A stretch of 50,999 bases of DNA from an uncultured Planctomycetaceae bacterium (GTDB lineage: Bacteria > Planctomycetota > Planctomycetia > Planctomycetales > Planctomycetaceae), in contig CALCHI010000240.1 in assembly GCA_937901285.1 (NCBI GenBank), forward strand, positions 1 to 50,999. Reading direction: 5' to 3'. The position numbers and the translations under genes are program-made. The notes beneath the pieces were generated by a model, which was not told the origin of the DNA, made no database searches, and saw nothing but the letters and a program-made list of their open reading frames with translations. Below, in pieces: positions 34,101 through 42,845 of this stretch (position 1 is the stretch's first letter; the number at the start of each line of letters is the position of its first letter).

Positions 34101-34572
34101 CCCGACCGTCGCCGTCCGAATCTCCCAGGTGCAGCAATTCGGTCGAGTTGGCCACGTAGCAGCCGCCGTCACCGGGAGCGACGCCGGTGGGGATCAGCAG
34201 TCCGTCGGCGAACACGGTGGTCTTCTCGGCTCGACCGTCCCCGTTGGTGTCCTCGACCACCAGGATCCGGTCGTTGGCCTTCTGCCCGGGCTTGATTTGC
34301 GGGTAGGTCTCGGAACTGGCGATCCAGAGGCGACCGGCGGCGTCAAAATTCATCTGGATCGGCTTGGCGATCTTGGGGTCCGATGCGTAGAGATTCACCT
34401 CGAACCCCGGCGCCACCTGGAACGACTTGCGCTCGATCTCCGGATCCGGTGGCGGGATGTTCTTGAGTCCCCGCTGGGCGAAGGCCGGCAGAGCGGTGGC
34501 CAGAAACAGTGCGAGGAACAGGACGGAGCGGATGAGATTGGTCATGTTGAGAGAATCGTTGTGGGGGTTCAT
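31102..34572 (-). CDS. Membrane-bound-dehydrogenase-domain / HEAT-repeat / CxxCH heme-binding protein (PVC-type)
   Basis: 1156 aa. Signal peptide. N-terminal beta-propeller region (FQVAPGFEVNLYASDP, GRLWIASS, DTNGDGRAD, DSDGDGRAD). A central HEAT-like helical repeat region. Cytochrome c motif LGCLACHAIGGAGGRVGPDL. ATGA overlap with the upstream SGNH gene. Confidence 0.85.
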   Translation of the reverse strand: MNPHNDSLNMTNLIRSVLFLALFLATALPAFAQRGLKNIPPPDPEIERKSFQVAPGFEVNLYASDPKIAKPIQMNFDAAGRLWIASSETYPQIKPGQKANDRILVVEDTNGDGRAEKTTVFADGLLIPTGVAPGDGGCYVANSTELLHLGDSDGDGRADTSRVVLSGFGTEDTHHILHTLRWGPDGRLYLNQSIYIHSHIETPWGIRRLNAGGIWRFHPETMRLEILARGWVNSWGHHHDRFGQSFVTDGAGGEGINHLVPGAAYVTAIGVPRILRGLNPGSPKYCGLEILSGTHLPEDWRGDLLTNDFRANRVCRFKVTESGSSYQAKLMPDVIRTKHVAFRPIDIKMGPDGAIYIADWYNPIIQHGEVDFRDPRRDHVHGRIWRVTAKGRPLVKRQNLPKAPVTQLVKNLSAPELWIRRHSRRVLQERPRENRPQILQVLADRLAELGPAGNTTPRGESTALEILWTCQALNAPAPQLLEQLLTATDPRVRAAACRVAAYWTELGETTLAARVRDPHPRVRLEAVRAIARRGRDVLPLAMAALPMDRDTPLDYALWLTAWEQRSDWLDGLKNGNHRLHEGLDDAGRLFVFSSIRNAAVVPAVLELLGRGELSDSDRNRAVALLADLGGPGQLRIALDMALDAGTSTSQAANLLDALARTAATRRVKPSGALDGIRPLFASDSLAVQRAAVRCAGLWKLESLRPSLRSLAAGADTSEDLRGTALDGLSALGGDTSRKQLADLTDKLPTPLARLQALAALVTLDPGDAAGRLPGVLAKSPTRGDPSAVVEAFLARKDGPGLLSKSLAGKTLAPDHAKLILRTIDASGRKLPKLVAAARTAGQLTTGPTRLSPEQMKTLVAEVGSRGNAQRGEEIYRRKQLGCLACHAIGGAGGRVGPDLVSLGASAPVDYIANSLLDPNSKVKENYHSLVVVTRQGKVVTGIKLRQTNNELVLRDANDREISVPRKSIEEQVVGTSLMPAGLTENVTRAELIDLVRFLSSLGKPGPYAASRKPTARRWRVLADTQPARFRLGRTRDGQAASDDAAFTWTPGYATVGGTLPLKDLPQLTVRNRQVSVVRCEIEVIAAGDVAIAVGDSTGLAAWIGTRPLTLEQVTTLDLAKGRHRLTITVDRGTRTRPLGLTIDETTTANARFVTGK

Positions 34573-35843
34573 CGGCCCGGCTCGATCGTGATCCGGTGCA
34601 GGACCTTGGTTTTCAGACGGTCGATCTCGGCCTCCTGGATCGCCACCAGCTTCTCGAACTCGGCCACCTCCTTGGCGTTGTTTCCCTGTTCCCGCTTGCG
34701 GAAACCGAAGAGGTAGGTGGTGTTCTGGGGTCGCCAGCGGTGAAAGTAGAGGCGGTTCTTGGCGATCACGGCCCGTCGCAGTGCGGCGTGTTCGTCCCCG
34801 GGCTCGCCCAACTGTGGGGCGATGCCGGCTGCGAATTCTTCGGCGGTATGGTCTCCGAAGTTGTCATCGTCGATTCGCAGGGTGTAGCGGCCCCTGCGGA
34901 GACCGTGGACCTGGAGGACAAACGGGCCGATGCGGGACGAGAACTCGAGTCGCCGCTTCCGGTAGCTGGCACCGCCGGTGGCCAGTGGGCCGGTCACCTG
35001 TGGCGGCTGTCCCCGTTTCAGTTGCACGGCCAGGGTGGAAGTCGGGAACAACTGGGCGAGGACGCCCCGGGTGGCCACCCGGTATCCCTCCGAATTCAGT
35101 GCCCGACCGTCAACGGTGAACAGCAGCCGGAACTGCCGGCGTGGCTTGTCCCAGAGTTTCTGGAACGGGGCGTTGAGATCGAGGTGGGCGTGGCCGTCCC
35201 CGAGAGCGAAGTTGGCCAGGGCCGTGTTGTATCGGTCAATCTGTCGGTTTCGCTCGGTGGGGACGTCGAGATCCGAGCGAATGAACGTCGACGTGACCGG
35301 AACGGCGGTGTTGAGCCGTCTGAGGCCGGGTCGTTGTTGCGGCGGGATCGAGAGGATGACCACACGGGCCTTGGGAGCGCTTCGGGATCTGAGATCCGAG
35401 ATCAGCTTCCGGTACTGGGCAAGGAATTCCTGGATCCTCGCGTCCCCTCCGAATGACGCGTTGCTGCCGTAACCCAGCACCAGCACGGTCGGTTTGAGCC
35501 GTGCAACGTGGTCGAGCATCCGCTGGTAACCCTTGGCGGGAGGATCAAAGATGCCCCGCGATTCGGCACGCACCGTGTCACCGCTCCAGCCGAGGTTACG
35601 GAACGTCAATCGGATGCCGGCCAGGCGGGCGACGATTGCGGTTTCGAGGTGACCGAACGCCTGGGCCCGTTCGACCAGTGTGTTTCCGACCATCACGACG
35701 CGATCGCCGTCCTGGAACTGAAAGTCGACCGTGGCGGGCGGAGCTGGCGGTGGTGGTGCTGCCGACACGGGAAGACCCGCCAGCAGAGCCACGAGCAGAA
35801 TGTGGGCTTTTCGGACAAAAGGGGGCTTATTGGAGTGATTCAT
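34569..35843 (-). CDS. SGNH/GDSL-type hydrolase family protein (secreted)
   Basis: ORF 34569..35864 has a TTG start. I prefer ATG at 35843 (MNHSNKPPFVRKAHILLVALLAGLPVSA). SGNH blocks: VVMVGNTLVE (block I, GNT instead of GDS), NLGWSGDT (II), LGYGSNAS (III). Confidence 0.7.
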   Translation of the reverse strand: MNHSNKPPFVRKAHILLVALLAGLPVSAAPPPPAPPATVDFQFQDGDRVVMVGNTLVERAQAFGHLETAIVARLAGIRLTFRNLGWSGDTVRAESRGIFDPPAKGYQRMLDHVARLKPTVLVLGYGSNASFGGDARIQEFLAQYRKLISDLRSRSAPKARVVILSIPPQQRPGLRRLNTAVPVTSTFIRSDLDVPTERNRQIDRYNTALANFALGDGHAHLDLNAPFQKLWDKPRRQFRLLFTVDGRALNSEGYRVATRGVLAQLFPTSTLAVQLKRGQPPQVTGPLATGGASYRKRRLEFSSRIGPFVLQVHGLRRGRYTLRIDDDNFGDHTAEEFAAGIAPQLGEPGDEHAALRRAVIAKNRLYFHRWRPQNTTYLFGFRKREQGNNAKEVAEFEKLVAIQEAEIDRLKTKVLHRITIEPGR

Positions 35844-35872
35844 GGCAGCATCGTATCGGGGCAATCATCTGA

Positions 35873-35902
35873 TTGACAGTGCCGAGGAAACGAGGCTATA
35901 GT
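35873..35902 (+). promoter_or_regulatory. Candidate sigma70-type promoter for the DUF1501 gene at 36038
   Basis: TTGACA (35873-35878), 18-nt spacer, TATAGT (35897-35902), in an AT-richer divergent intergenic region. About 130 nt upstream of the ATG. Confidence 0.35.
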
Positions 35903-36037
35903 AAGCTCGAAATGGTACATGTGCCGATACTCTGAACTGTCAGGGGAGCGGCAGGACGGTTCGTGCGTGGTGCCCTGCATTGTGGAGGGTGCCGGCCGGG
36001 CGTCGTAAAGTTAGGATTGCGTCAAAGGAGAGGTCCG

Positions 36038-37501
36038 ATGCTGGGAATTACCGGACATAACGGCCGAGACCTGTGCGACGGAATATCGCGTCGCGACATT
36101 CTCAAGGTTGGCGGCACCGCCGCCTTTGGCCTGAGCTTGCCCGAGATGCTGAGGTTGCAGGAAGCCACTGCGGCCGAGGACGCCCGTTACGGTGGTGCCG
36201 GCTTCGGCAAGGCCAAGCACGTGATCATGCTTTACCTGCAGGGTGGTCCGAGTCACCTCGACCTGTGGGACCCCAAGCCGAACGTTCCGGACAACGTCAA
36301 GAGTGTCTTCAAGCCGATCGACACCAAGTTGCCCGGCGTGCAGTTCACCGAGAACATGCCGAACCTGGCGAAGGTCAACGACAAGTTCACGATGATCCGG
36401 TCGATGAGCTACACGCCGATCGGGTTGTTCAACCACACCGCTGCGATCTACATGATGCTGACCGGCTACACGGCCGATAAGGTCTCGCCCTCGGGTCAGC
36501 TCGAGCCGCCCAGCCCGAAGGACTTCCCCAACTTCGGCTGCAACATCACCAAGCTGCGTCCGACGACAGTTCCGATGCTGCCCTACGTGATGATGCCGCG
36601 TCCGTTGCAGGAGAGTTCGGTGATCGGCAAGGCTGGCACCGCCGGATTCCTGGGCCGGGCCTTTGACCCGTACTACCTCTACCCGTCCGGCGGCGACATG
36701 GACATGGCCAAGATGGATCGGATCAACGTCGATGATCTGAAGCTGCGGAAGGAAGTGCCCCTGGCACGGCTGCAGCGTCGCGCGTCGTTGCGTGACAAGA
36801 TCAACGCCGGCCTGGGCGAACTGGACGTTGCTGTCCAGAAGTTTGCTCTCAACGAGTACTACGAAAAAGCTCTGAGCCTGGTGCTTTCGGGGCGGGCCCG
36901 CGACGCGTTCAACCTGGGCGCGGAGAAGAAAGAGGTCCGTGAGCGTTACGGCAAGAACACGTTCGGCCAGAGTTGCCTGCTGGCCCGTCGGCTGGTCGAA
37001 GCCGGCACCCGGGTCGTCGAGGTCAACTGGCCCAAGGTTGCCAACTCCGACAACCATTCATGGGATGTTCATGTGGGACTGTCCAAGCGGATGAAGACCC
37101 AGAACAGCCCCATGCTCGATTCGGGCCTTTCGGCCCTGATCGGAGATCTCGACGAGCGAGGCCTGCTCGACGAGACGCTCGTGATCGCTGTGGGCGAATT
37201 CGGCCGCAGTCCCAAGCGGGGGGTTTCCACCTCGGGCAACACGAACTCCAACGACGGGCGCGACCACTGGCCCTACTGCTACACCGCCGTGATGGCCGGT
37301 GCGGGTGTGAAGCGCGGCTTTGTCTACGGCAAGAGCGACAAGACGGCTTCGGCACCGGTCGAGAACCCGGTGCATCCCAGGGAGTTGCTGGCGACGATCT
37401 ACCACAGCGTCGGGATCAACCCCCACACGATCGTCTACAACCACCTCAACCAGCCTCGCGACCTGGTCAAGGCCGATGCGTTGACCGGGATCCTCTCTTA
37501 G
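36038..37501 (+). CDS. DUF1501 domain-containing protein
   Basis: ORF 35963..37501. I prefer ATG at 36038, preceded by AAAGGAGAGG. Leader [22 protein letters not shown]. Hallmarks [50 protein letters not shown]. Confidence 0.9.
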   Translation: MLGITGHNGRDLCDGISRRDILKVGGTAAFGLSLPEMLRLQEATAAEDARYGGAGFGKAKHVIMLYLQGGPSHLDLWDPKPNVPDNVKSVFKPIDTKLPGVQFTENMPNLAKVNDKFTMIRSMSYTPIGLFNHTAAIYMMLTGYTADKVSPSGQLEPPSPKDFPNFGCNITKLRPTTVPMLPYVMMPRPLQESSVIGKAGTAGFLGRAFDPYYLYPSGGDMDMAKMDRINVDDLKLRKEVPLARLQRRASLRDKINAGLGELDVAVQKFALNEYYEKALSLVLSGRARDAFNLGAEKKEVRERYGKNTFGQSCLLARRLVEAGTRVVEVNWPKVANSDNHSWDVHVGLSKRMKTQNSPMLDSGLSALIGDLDERGLLDETLVIAVGEFGRSPKRGVSTSGNTNSNDGRDHWPYCYTAVMAGAGVKRGFVYGKSDKTASAPVENPVHPRELLATIYHSVGINPHTIVYNHLNQPRDLVKADALTGILS

Positions 37502-37523
37502 GGGAACTGTCTGAAGCACACCG

Positions 37524-37563
37524 GGGGCCGGACACGCCACGTGCGAGTCCGGCCCCTTTTTTT
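37524..37563 (+). terminator. Rho-independent terminator between convergent genes
   Basis: GGGGCCGGAC (37524-37533), 13-nt loop, GTCCGGCCCC (37547-37556), then TTTTTTT (37557-37563). Sits 22 nt after the DUF1501 stop. Confidence 0.55.
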
Positions 37564-37570
37564 GTGCGCG

Positions 37571-38944
37571 TTACAGCACCTTCCCGGGGTTCATGATCCG
37601 CAGCGGATCCAGCGCGTCCTTGATCGCTCGCATCACCGCGACGCCGGGACCGTGTTCGCGTTCCAGCAGGTGCCGCTTGCCGAGGCCGATCCCGTGCTCG
37701 CCCGACGTCGTGCCCTCCAGTTCCAGGGCGTGTTCGGCGATCCGGTCGCTGATCTTCTGCACCTCGGCCAATTCGTCGGCGTCCCCGGGCCGGATCGGGA
37801 ACACGACGTGGAAATTGCCGTCGCCGACGTGACCGAAAAGCGGTGAGGGCACGCTGCAGCCCTCGAGTTCCCGTCGTGTCCTGGCGATCGCCTCGGCCAG
37901 TGCCGTCACCGGAACGCAGACGTCGGTCACGTAGCCGGTGCTGCCCTCCCGGAGTCCCAGGGTCGCGTAATACCCGTCGTGTCGGGCTTGCCACAGCCGG
38001 TTCCGTTCGGCTTCGTCGGTCGCCCAGCGGAAGTCCGACCCGCCGTGCCCGGCGGTGATCGTCTCGACCGCACCGGACTGTTCGACCACCGACGCCTCGG
38101 ATCCGTGGAACTCGAAGAACACGGTCGGTTGGACGGCGTTGCCGAGTCCCGAGTAGCGATTGACGGCCTCGATCTGCACCGCGTCGAGCAACTCCATCCG
38201 GGCCAGGGGGATCCCCGCGACCAGGCAGTCGATGACCGCCTCGACGGCCTGCTCGATCGTGTCGAATCCGCAGACGGCCGAGGAGATGGCTTCGGGGACG
38301 GGAGCCAGTCGGAGCGTGACTTCGGTGATCACCCCGAGGGTTCCCTCGGAGCCGACCAGAAGTGCCGTCAGGTCGTAGCCGGCGGCCGTCTTTCGGGCCC
38401 GCCCCGCGGTGCGGACGACCGACCCGTCGGCCATCACGGCCTCGACCGACAGCACGCGGTCACGCATCGTGCCGTAGCGGACGGCGTTGGAGCCCGAAGC
38501 CGATGTCGCGGCCATCCCGCCGAGACTGGCATCGGCGCCGGGATCGACAGGGAAGAAGACGTTGGTTTTCGAGTCGGACAGGTGCCGGTTGAGTTGTTCG
38601 CGGGTGACTCCGGCCTGGACGGTGGCGTCCATGTCGCGGGGGTGGACCGAGACGATTCGGTCCATGCGGCCGGTGTCCACGCACAATCCGCCAGTGACCG
38701 CCACCACCCCGCCTTCGACGGCCGTGCCGGTTCCGAAGGGGATCAGGGGCACTCGATGGCGGCGGCAGGCGTTGACGGCCATCACCACCTCGTCGGTCGT
38801 CAATGGCCAGCAGACGGCCTGGGGCGGGCAAGGTTCGTGGTGAGAGACATCGGCCGCGTGCTCGTGGCGATCGGCCTCGGAGGTCGAGATCCGTTCACCG
38901 AAGTGGTCGGACAGCGTTCCAAGGACGTCGTTGATGTCGGGCAT
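37571..38944 (-). CDS. FAD-linked oxidase (D-lactate dehydrogenase / GlcD family)
   Basis: ORF 37571..39052. I prefer ATG at 38944 (MPDINDVLG...). FAD-binding PCMH-type region VPLIPFGTGTAVEGG and LVGSEGTLGVITEVTLRL. C-terminal GTTSGEHGIGLGKRHLL. Confidence 0.85.
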   Translation of the reverse strand: MPDINDVLGTLSDHFGERISTSEADRHEHAADVSHHEPCPPQAVCWPLTTDEVVMAVNACRRHRVPLIPFGTGTAVEGGVVAVTGGLCVDTGRMDRIVSVHPRDMDATVQAGVTREQLNRHLSDSKTNVFFPVDPGADASLGGMAATSASGSNAVRYGTMRDRVLSVEAVMADGSVVRTAGRARKTAAGYDLTALLVGSEGTLGVITEVTLRLAPVPEAISSAVCGFDTIEQAVEAVIDCLVAGIPLARMELLDAVQIEAVNRYSGLGNAVQPTVFFEFHGSEASVVEQSGAVETITAGHGGSDFRWATDEAERNRLWQARHDGYYATLGLREGSTGYVTDVCVPVTALAEAIARTRRELEGCSVPSPLFGHVGDGNFHVVFPIRPGDADELAEVQKISDRIAEHALELEGTTSGEHGIGLGKRHLLEREHGPGVAVMRAIKDALDPLRIMNPGKVL

Positions 38945-39208
38945 TTCGGTCACGGTTCTGTCCGTTTTCCGGAGATTGGGCGGACCTCCTGATCCGCGTC
39001 CCTCCACCGACCCCATTCTGGCGGATCGACGCCGCGGCGTCATCACAGCCACCCTCTACCGCAGTCCGAATCGGCTGGTCTGCGGAATCCTCACAACGCG
39101 ATCACCGGGGTCATCCAATCCCTACAACCGGACGTTTGACGAGGACCTTGCGGATTCTGGCGGCCGTGAGGACTGGTGGCATCTTGCGTTTGGTATCGGA
39201 GAGACGGG

Positions 39209-40438
39209 ATGATGAAGTTATCGGATTCCGCCGCCGCGGGCCGCTCGTCTCCGGCGGCGATACCAGATTGGAGTGCTCCATCCATGATGAAACGAATCAT
39301 CTCCCTGCCGATGTTGGTTGTCCTGGCAAGCACGGTCCTGTTTTCCGGGTACACGGTTGCCGACGACAAGCCCGCCGTGAAGGCCGGGCAGACGGTGGCC
39401 AAGCCCTACGATCCGGCCGTCAAGCGGGTCACCTCGTGCGCGAGGCCACTGGTTCACTGCTCGCGTCCGGGCAGCCCGTCGACCGCCTACATGCTGCAGC
39501 CGGTCACCTACATGAAGACTGTCGTTGAGACGGTTTACGAGCCGGCCCAGGTCAAGGTGCCGCGTACCGTGTACGAGACGGTCTATGTCAACGAGGAGGT
39601 GGAGCTGTTCCGGGTGGTTTGTGAAACCGAGATGCGTGAGCAGCAGTACCAGGTTTGTCGGACGGTGACCGAGACGAATGAGCGGGAGATCACCCAGACG
39701 ATCCGCGAGCCGAAATGGGTGACCGTTGACAAGAAGTTCGAGTACCAGGAGCGGAAGTTGGTGCGGGAGACCTCCGAACGGGAGATTCGCCGGAAGACCT
39801 ACAAGCCGGTGACCGAGGAAGTGACCCGGACGGTTTGCGTTCGCAAGACCGAACCGGTGACCGAGAAACGGACGGTGACCGAGGATCGGGGTCGGTGGGT
39901 CCGTCGACCGGTTTACCACCGTGGCCCGTTGCTGCCGGGGCTGGGACCCAAGCCGTGTGGTCAACTGGGACTCCGCTGGACCCCGGCGGGGTTCCGCTCG
40001 TCGCGTCTCCAGTGGTGTCCCAACCCGGTGACTCGGGAGGTGACCTGCACCCGATACGTGACGCGAGTCGAGACCAAGCAGGTGCCGGTGATGGTGCAGC
40101 GGATGGAGATCGGCGAGGAAGTCAAGAAGGTGCCGGTCGAGACGTGCCGCTGGGTGGTCGAGACCAAAACCCGCACGGTGCCGGTGCGACAGTTGACGTA
40201 CGAGACCCGTACGGTGACCCGCAAGGTGCCGGTGACGATCAGCAAGGTGGTGACCGAGACCCGGACGCGGCAGGTGCCGGTGCGTGTGACCCGGCGTGTG
40301 CCCTACACGGTCACCCGGCGTGTGGCTCGACAAGTGTCCCGCCAGATCGAGGTGACCTGCACAAAGATGGTGCCCCGTTACGTGGAACGCCAGGTGCCGT
40401 GCACGACCCGGGAACTGGTTCCGGTGGTGGTCGAGTAG
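39209..40438 (+). CDS. YTV-type repeat protein (secreted)
   Basis: ORF 39176..40438. ATG at 39209 follows GGAGAG. An alternative ATG at 39284 starts directly at the signal peptide MMKRIISLPMLVVLASTVLFSGYTVA. The body is built of T/V/R/E-rich repeats (TVYETVYV, RTVTET, VPV..ET.TR). Confidence 0.7.
   Translation: MMKLSDSAAAGRSSPAAIPDWSAPSMMKRIISLPMLVVLASTVLFSGYTVADDKPAVKAGQTVAKPYDPAVKRVTSCARPLVHCSRPGSPSTAYMLQPVTYMKTVVETVYEPAQVKVPRTVYETVYVNEEVELFRVVCETEMREQQYQVCRTVTETNEREITQTIREPKWVTVDKKFEYQERKLVRETSEREIRRKTYKPVTEEVTRTVCVRKTEPVTEKRTVTEDRGRWVRRPVYHRGPLLPGLGPKPCGQLGLRWTPAGFRSSRLQWCPNPVTREVTCTRYVTRVETKQVPVMVQRMEIGEEVKKVPVETCRWVVETKTRTVPVRQLTYETRTVTRKVPVTISKVVTETRTRQVPVRVTRRVPYTVTRRVARQVSRQIEVTCTKMVPRYVERQVPCTTRELVPVVVE
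40082..40321 (+). repeat. Five in-frame 48-nt (16-aa) tandem coding repeats, each starting GTGCCGGT(G/C) (VPV)
   Basis: GTG of VPV at 40082, 40130, 40178, 40226 and 40274, exactly 48 nt apart. Peptide units: VPVMVQRMEIGEEVKK / VPVETCRWVVETKTRT / VPVRQLTYETRTVTRK / VPVTISKVVTETRTRQ / VPVRVTRR-VPYTVTRR. After 40298 the pattern continues as a mix of 8-aa VP-units (VPYTVTRR, VPRYVERQ, VPCTTREL) separated by a 16-aa non-VP segment, ending VPVVVE. Confidence 0.75.
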
Positions 40439-40451
40439 AGGGGCGCCCGCG

Positions 40452-40481
40452 TTGACACTCTTTCGGGCTTTCCCCTATCAT
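40452..40481 (+). promoter_or_regulatory. Candidate sigma70-type promoter for trxA
   Basis: TTGACA (40452-40457), 18-nt spacer, TATCAT (40476-40481). About 55 nt upstream of the trxA ATG, which is preceded by GAGGGA. Confidence 0.35.
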
Positions 40482-40534
40482 CCCGCCACAACTGAGGACC
40501 CGACTCCGCGACCGCAACCCGAGGGACGGCACCG

Positions 40535-40864
40535 ATGGCAGAGAACATCCTGGACGTCACCAACGAGAACTTTCAGACCGAGGTGCTGGACAGTTCCTCC
40601 CCGGTTCTGCTCGATTTCTGGGCGCCCTGGTGTGGCCCCTGCCGGATGTTGACCCCGGTGGTCGAGGAGCTGGCGTCCGATTACGAGGGGCGTGCCACGG
40701 TGGCCAAGCTGAACGTCGACGAGGCCAGCGACGTCGCTCAGAAATACAACGTGGGCAGTATCCCGACCGTCCTCATCTTCAAGGGTGGTGAGGTTGTCTG
40801 GAGTTACACCGGCGTGGCGGAGAAGGCCAAGTTCGTGGAGGTGCTGGATCAGCATCTCGATTGA
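40535..40864 (+). CDS. trxA: Thioredoxin
   Basis: 109 aa. Active site WAPWCGPCR. Collinear with TrxA (NFQTEVL, VAKLNVDE, YNVGSIPTVLIFKGGE). Confidence 0.92.
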   Translation: MAENILDVTNENFQTEVLDSSSPVLLDFWAPWCGPCRMLTPVVEELASDYEGRATVAKLNVDEASDVAQKYNVGSIPTVLIFKGGEVVWSYTGVAEKAKFVEVLDQHLD

Positions 40865-40906
40865 GCTGTCCCCGTGGCGGTTGTGACCTGGGAAAGGACT
40901 CCCACG

Positions 40907-42739
40907 ATGAGCGAACCGGCCTCTGTGCCCGAACCGGATTCCCGTGCCGATGGTGGGCACGGTTCCGGCCCGCAGGGTCCCTCGCCAATCGCCGATTGGC
41001 CCGGGGCGGACGTGCCGACGAGTGTTCCCGAAACGGTTTCGGTCTCCCGAGAGGGATTCGCACCGCAACCGGGGCCGGGTGCAGCGGAATCCCCCGAAAA
41101 CGACGATGTGGAGAACGCAAAGAACCAGAAGTTGCTGGCGCAGGCCAGCCAGATCGCCGGCGACCTGCAGACCCAGGTCGATGAGCTCGATCGCCGCGAA
41201 AACAGCCTCAACTCCCAGCACGCCCAGCTCGACCAGGAACGCCGTTCGGCTCGACTCTCGGCCGACCAGCAACGGCAGGCCCTGGAGGACCAGACCGAAG
41301 AACTGGGCGAGCGGCAGCAGCAGGCCGACCAGCGGTCTGCCGAGATGGACGAGCGTGCCCTGGAGCTGTCGTCGGCTGAAGCTGAGGTCGAGGTGGCTCG
41401 CGAGGAACTGTCGAGGCGACGTGAATCGCTGTCAGCTGATGTCCAGTCCGAACTGGATGCCGACCGCCGGAGGCTGGAGGAGACCGAAGCGGATCTCAAG
41501 TCACGGGCCGCCAACCTCGAAGCCGAGCACGCCGCTCGCCTGGAACAACTCGAAGAAGATTTTGCCCGACGGACCGCAGAACTCCGCGGCGAACTGACAC
41601 ACCAGTTGATGAGTGGTGAGCTCCGGGCCGAACGCAAGCAACTGGATCGTGATCGGGAGGAGTGGAAGCGGCAGCGGGACAGCCAGGGCCTGGAACTGAA
41701 GCGGGGCCAGGTCGGGCACGATCAGGAGGTGCAGAAGTTCGAGGCCGAACAGTCCGAACGGGAGACGAACCAGACCCATGAACTGGAATTGACCCGCAAG
41801 CGGCAGGAACGAGAACTCGACGACGCTCGTCAGGCGTTTGCGGCTGAACAGGAGTCGATTCGTTCTGAGACTCAGCAGGAACGGGCGTTGATGGAGAACC
41901 GGCATTTGTTCCAGCAGGAACATCTCGCCAAAGCTCGCAGCATGCTGGAGGTCGACCAGGCGTCTTTCCGTCAAGAGATGCAACGGCAGCGGACCGACCT
42001 CGTCCACCGTATCGAGATGCTGGATGCTCTTCGGCACCAGTTGGCCCATTGTCGTCGCCTGCTCGATGACCGCGAATCGCTGCTCGAACGGGGCCTGCAG
42101 GGCCTGGAACGCAAGACCCGTGCCACCGAAGCATCACTCAAGCAGCACGAGCAACGGCTGGCGACCGCTCGAGAGAACTGGCAGGCGAAGCGTGAGGAGC
42201 AACGTGAAGAGGTGGCGGCGTTGCGCGAACACCTGAGATCCGAATCGCAGTCACTGCAGGATCGCAAGCAGCGGATAGAGACGCTCCGCGAGGAACTCGA
42301 GGGGAGTCACCGTGAGAGCCTCGAGTTGAGGTTGGCGGTCGAGGAGTCGATGGCGACGATGCGGGAGGAGCAGGGTGAGGCTGTCGACGAGCAGGCCGTG
42401 GTCCGGCTCGAAACCGCCCGCGAGGCTGTCGCCGAACACTACAGCCAGATGCGTGAGACGCTGGTGACCCAGCGAGCCGATCTTGAGGCCGCGCAGAAAC
42501 AACTTGCCGCCCAGGTCGCTCAACAGCAGAAGATCTACGCCGATCACGGCGAGCGGTTGACGGAACGTGATCGGGACCTGCATGCCAGGGAGGAGGAACT
42601 CGGGCGGCAGGCCGCCGAGTTGCCCGATGGAGAGACACGCTGGCAGCAGATGCAGACCCGTTGGACCGCCGAGAAGCAGCAGGCCGAGACGATCATCCGT
42701 GACCTGCTGAAGCAGCTCGGGGAAACCCCGGCGGCGTAG
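40907..42739 (+). CDS. Long coiled-coil protein (E/R/Q/L-rich) with Pro/Gly-rich N-terminus
   Basis: ORF 40874..42739. I prefer ATG at 40907, preceded by GGAAAGGA. About 65 aa of disordered P/G/S-rich head, then about 540 aa of uninterrupted heptad-like charged sequence. No TM helix or signal peptide. Confidence 0.7.
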   Translation: MSEPASVPEPDSRADGGHGSGPQGPSPIADWPGADVPTSVPETVSVSREGFAPQPGPGAAESPENDDVENAKNQKLLAQASQIAGDLQTQVDELDRRENSLNSQHAQLDQERRSARLSADQQRQALEDQTEELGERQQQADQRSAEMDERALELSSAEAEVEVAREELSRRRESLSADVQSELDADRRRLEETEADLKSRAANLEAEHAARLEQLEEDFARRTAELRGELTHQLMSGELRAERKQLDRDREEWKRQRDSQGLELKRGQVGHDQEVQKFEAEQSERETNQTHELELTRKRQERELDDARQAFAAEQESIRSETQQERALMENRHLFQQEHLAKARSMLEVDQASFRQEMQRQRTDLVHRIEMLDALRHQLAHCRRLLDDRESLLERGLQGLERKTRATEASLKQHEQRLATARENWQAKREEQREEVAALREHLRSESQSLQDRKQRIETLREELEGSHRESLELRLAVEESMATMREEQGEAVDEQAVVRLETAREAVAEHYSQMRETLVTQRADLEAAQKQLAAQVAQQQKIYADHGERLTERDRDLHAREEELGRQAAELPDGETRWQQMQTRWTAEKQQAETIIRDLLKQLGETPAA

Positions 42740-42845
42740 GCCGGTTTCCTGCGTTGCCGCCGGTCACCCGCTGCGGGTAGAACCGTATGTCCGCCCCGCC
42801 TCCTGTTGCGGTGCCACGAGTTCTCCATTTCACGAGTCAGCCACC

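Noticed and set aside
33016-34716. 566-aa plus-strand ORF
   Set aside because: It is antisense to the heme/HEAT dehydrogenase-domain gene and the SGNH gene. No motifs, and the composition is typical of a shadow ORF.
39218-40333. 371-aa minus-strand ORF opposite the YTV repeat gene
   Set aside because: The His/Arg/Leu/Gly-rich translation is produced by the reverse complement of the repeat. The plus-strand frame has a signal peptide, GC3 bias and the periodic VPV units.
42769-42781. Short palindrome ACCCGC-T-GCGGGT after the coiled-coil gene as a terminator
   Set aside because: A 1-nt loop is sterically impossible. The alternative 4-bp stem is too weak, and no T-run follows.
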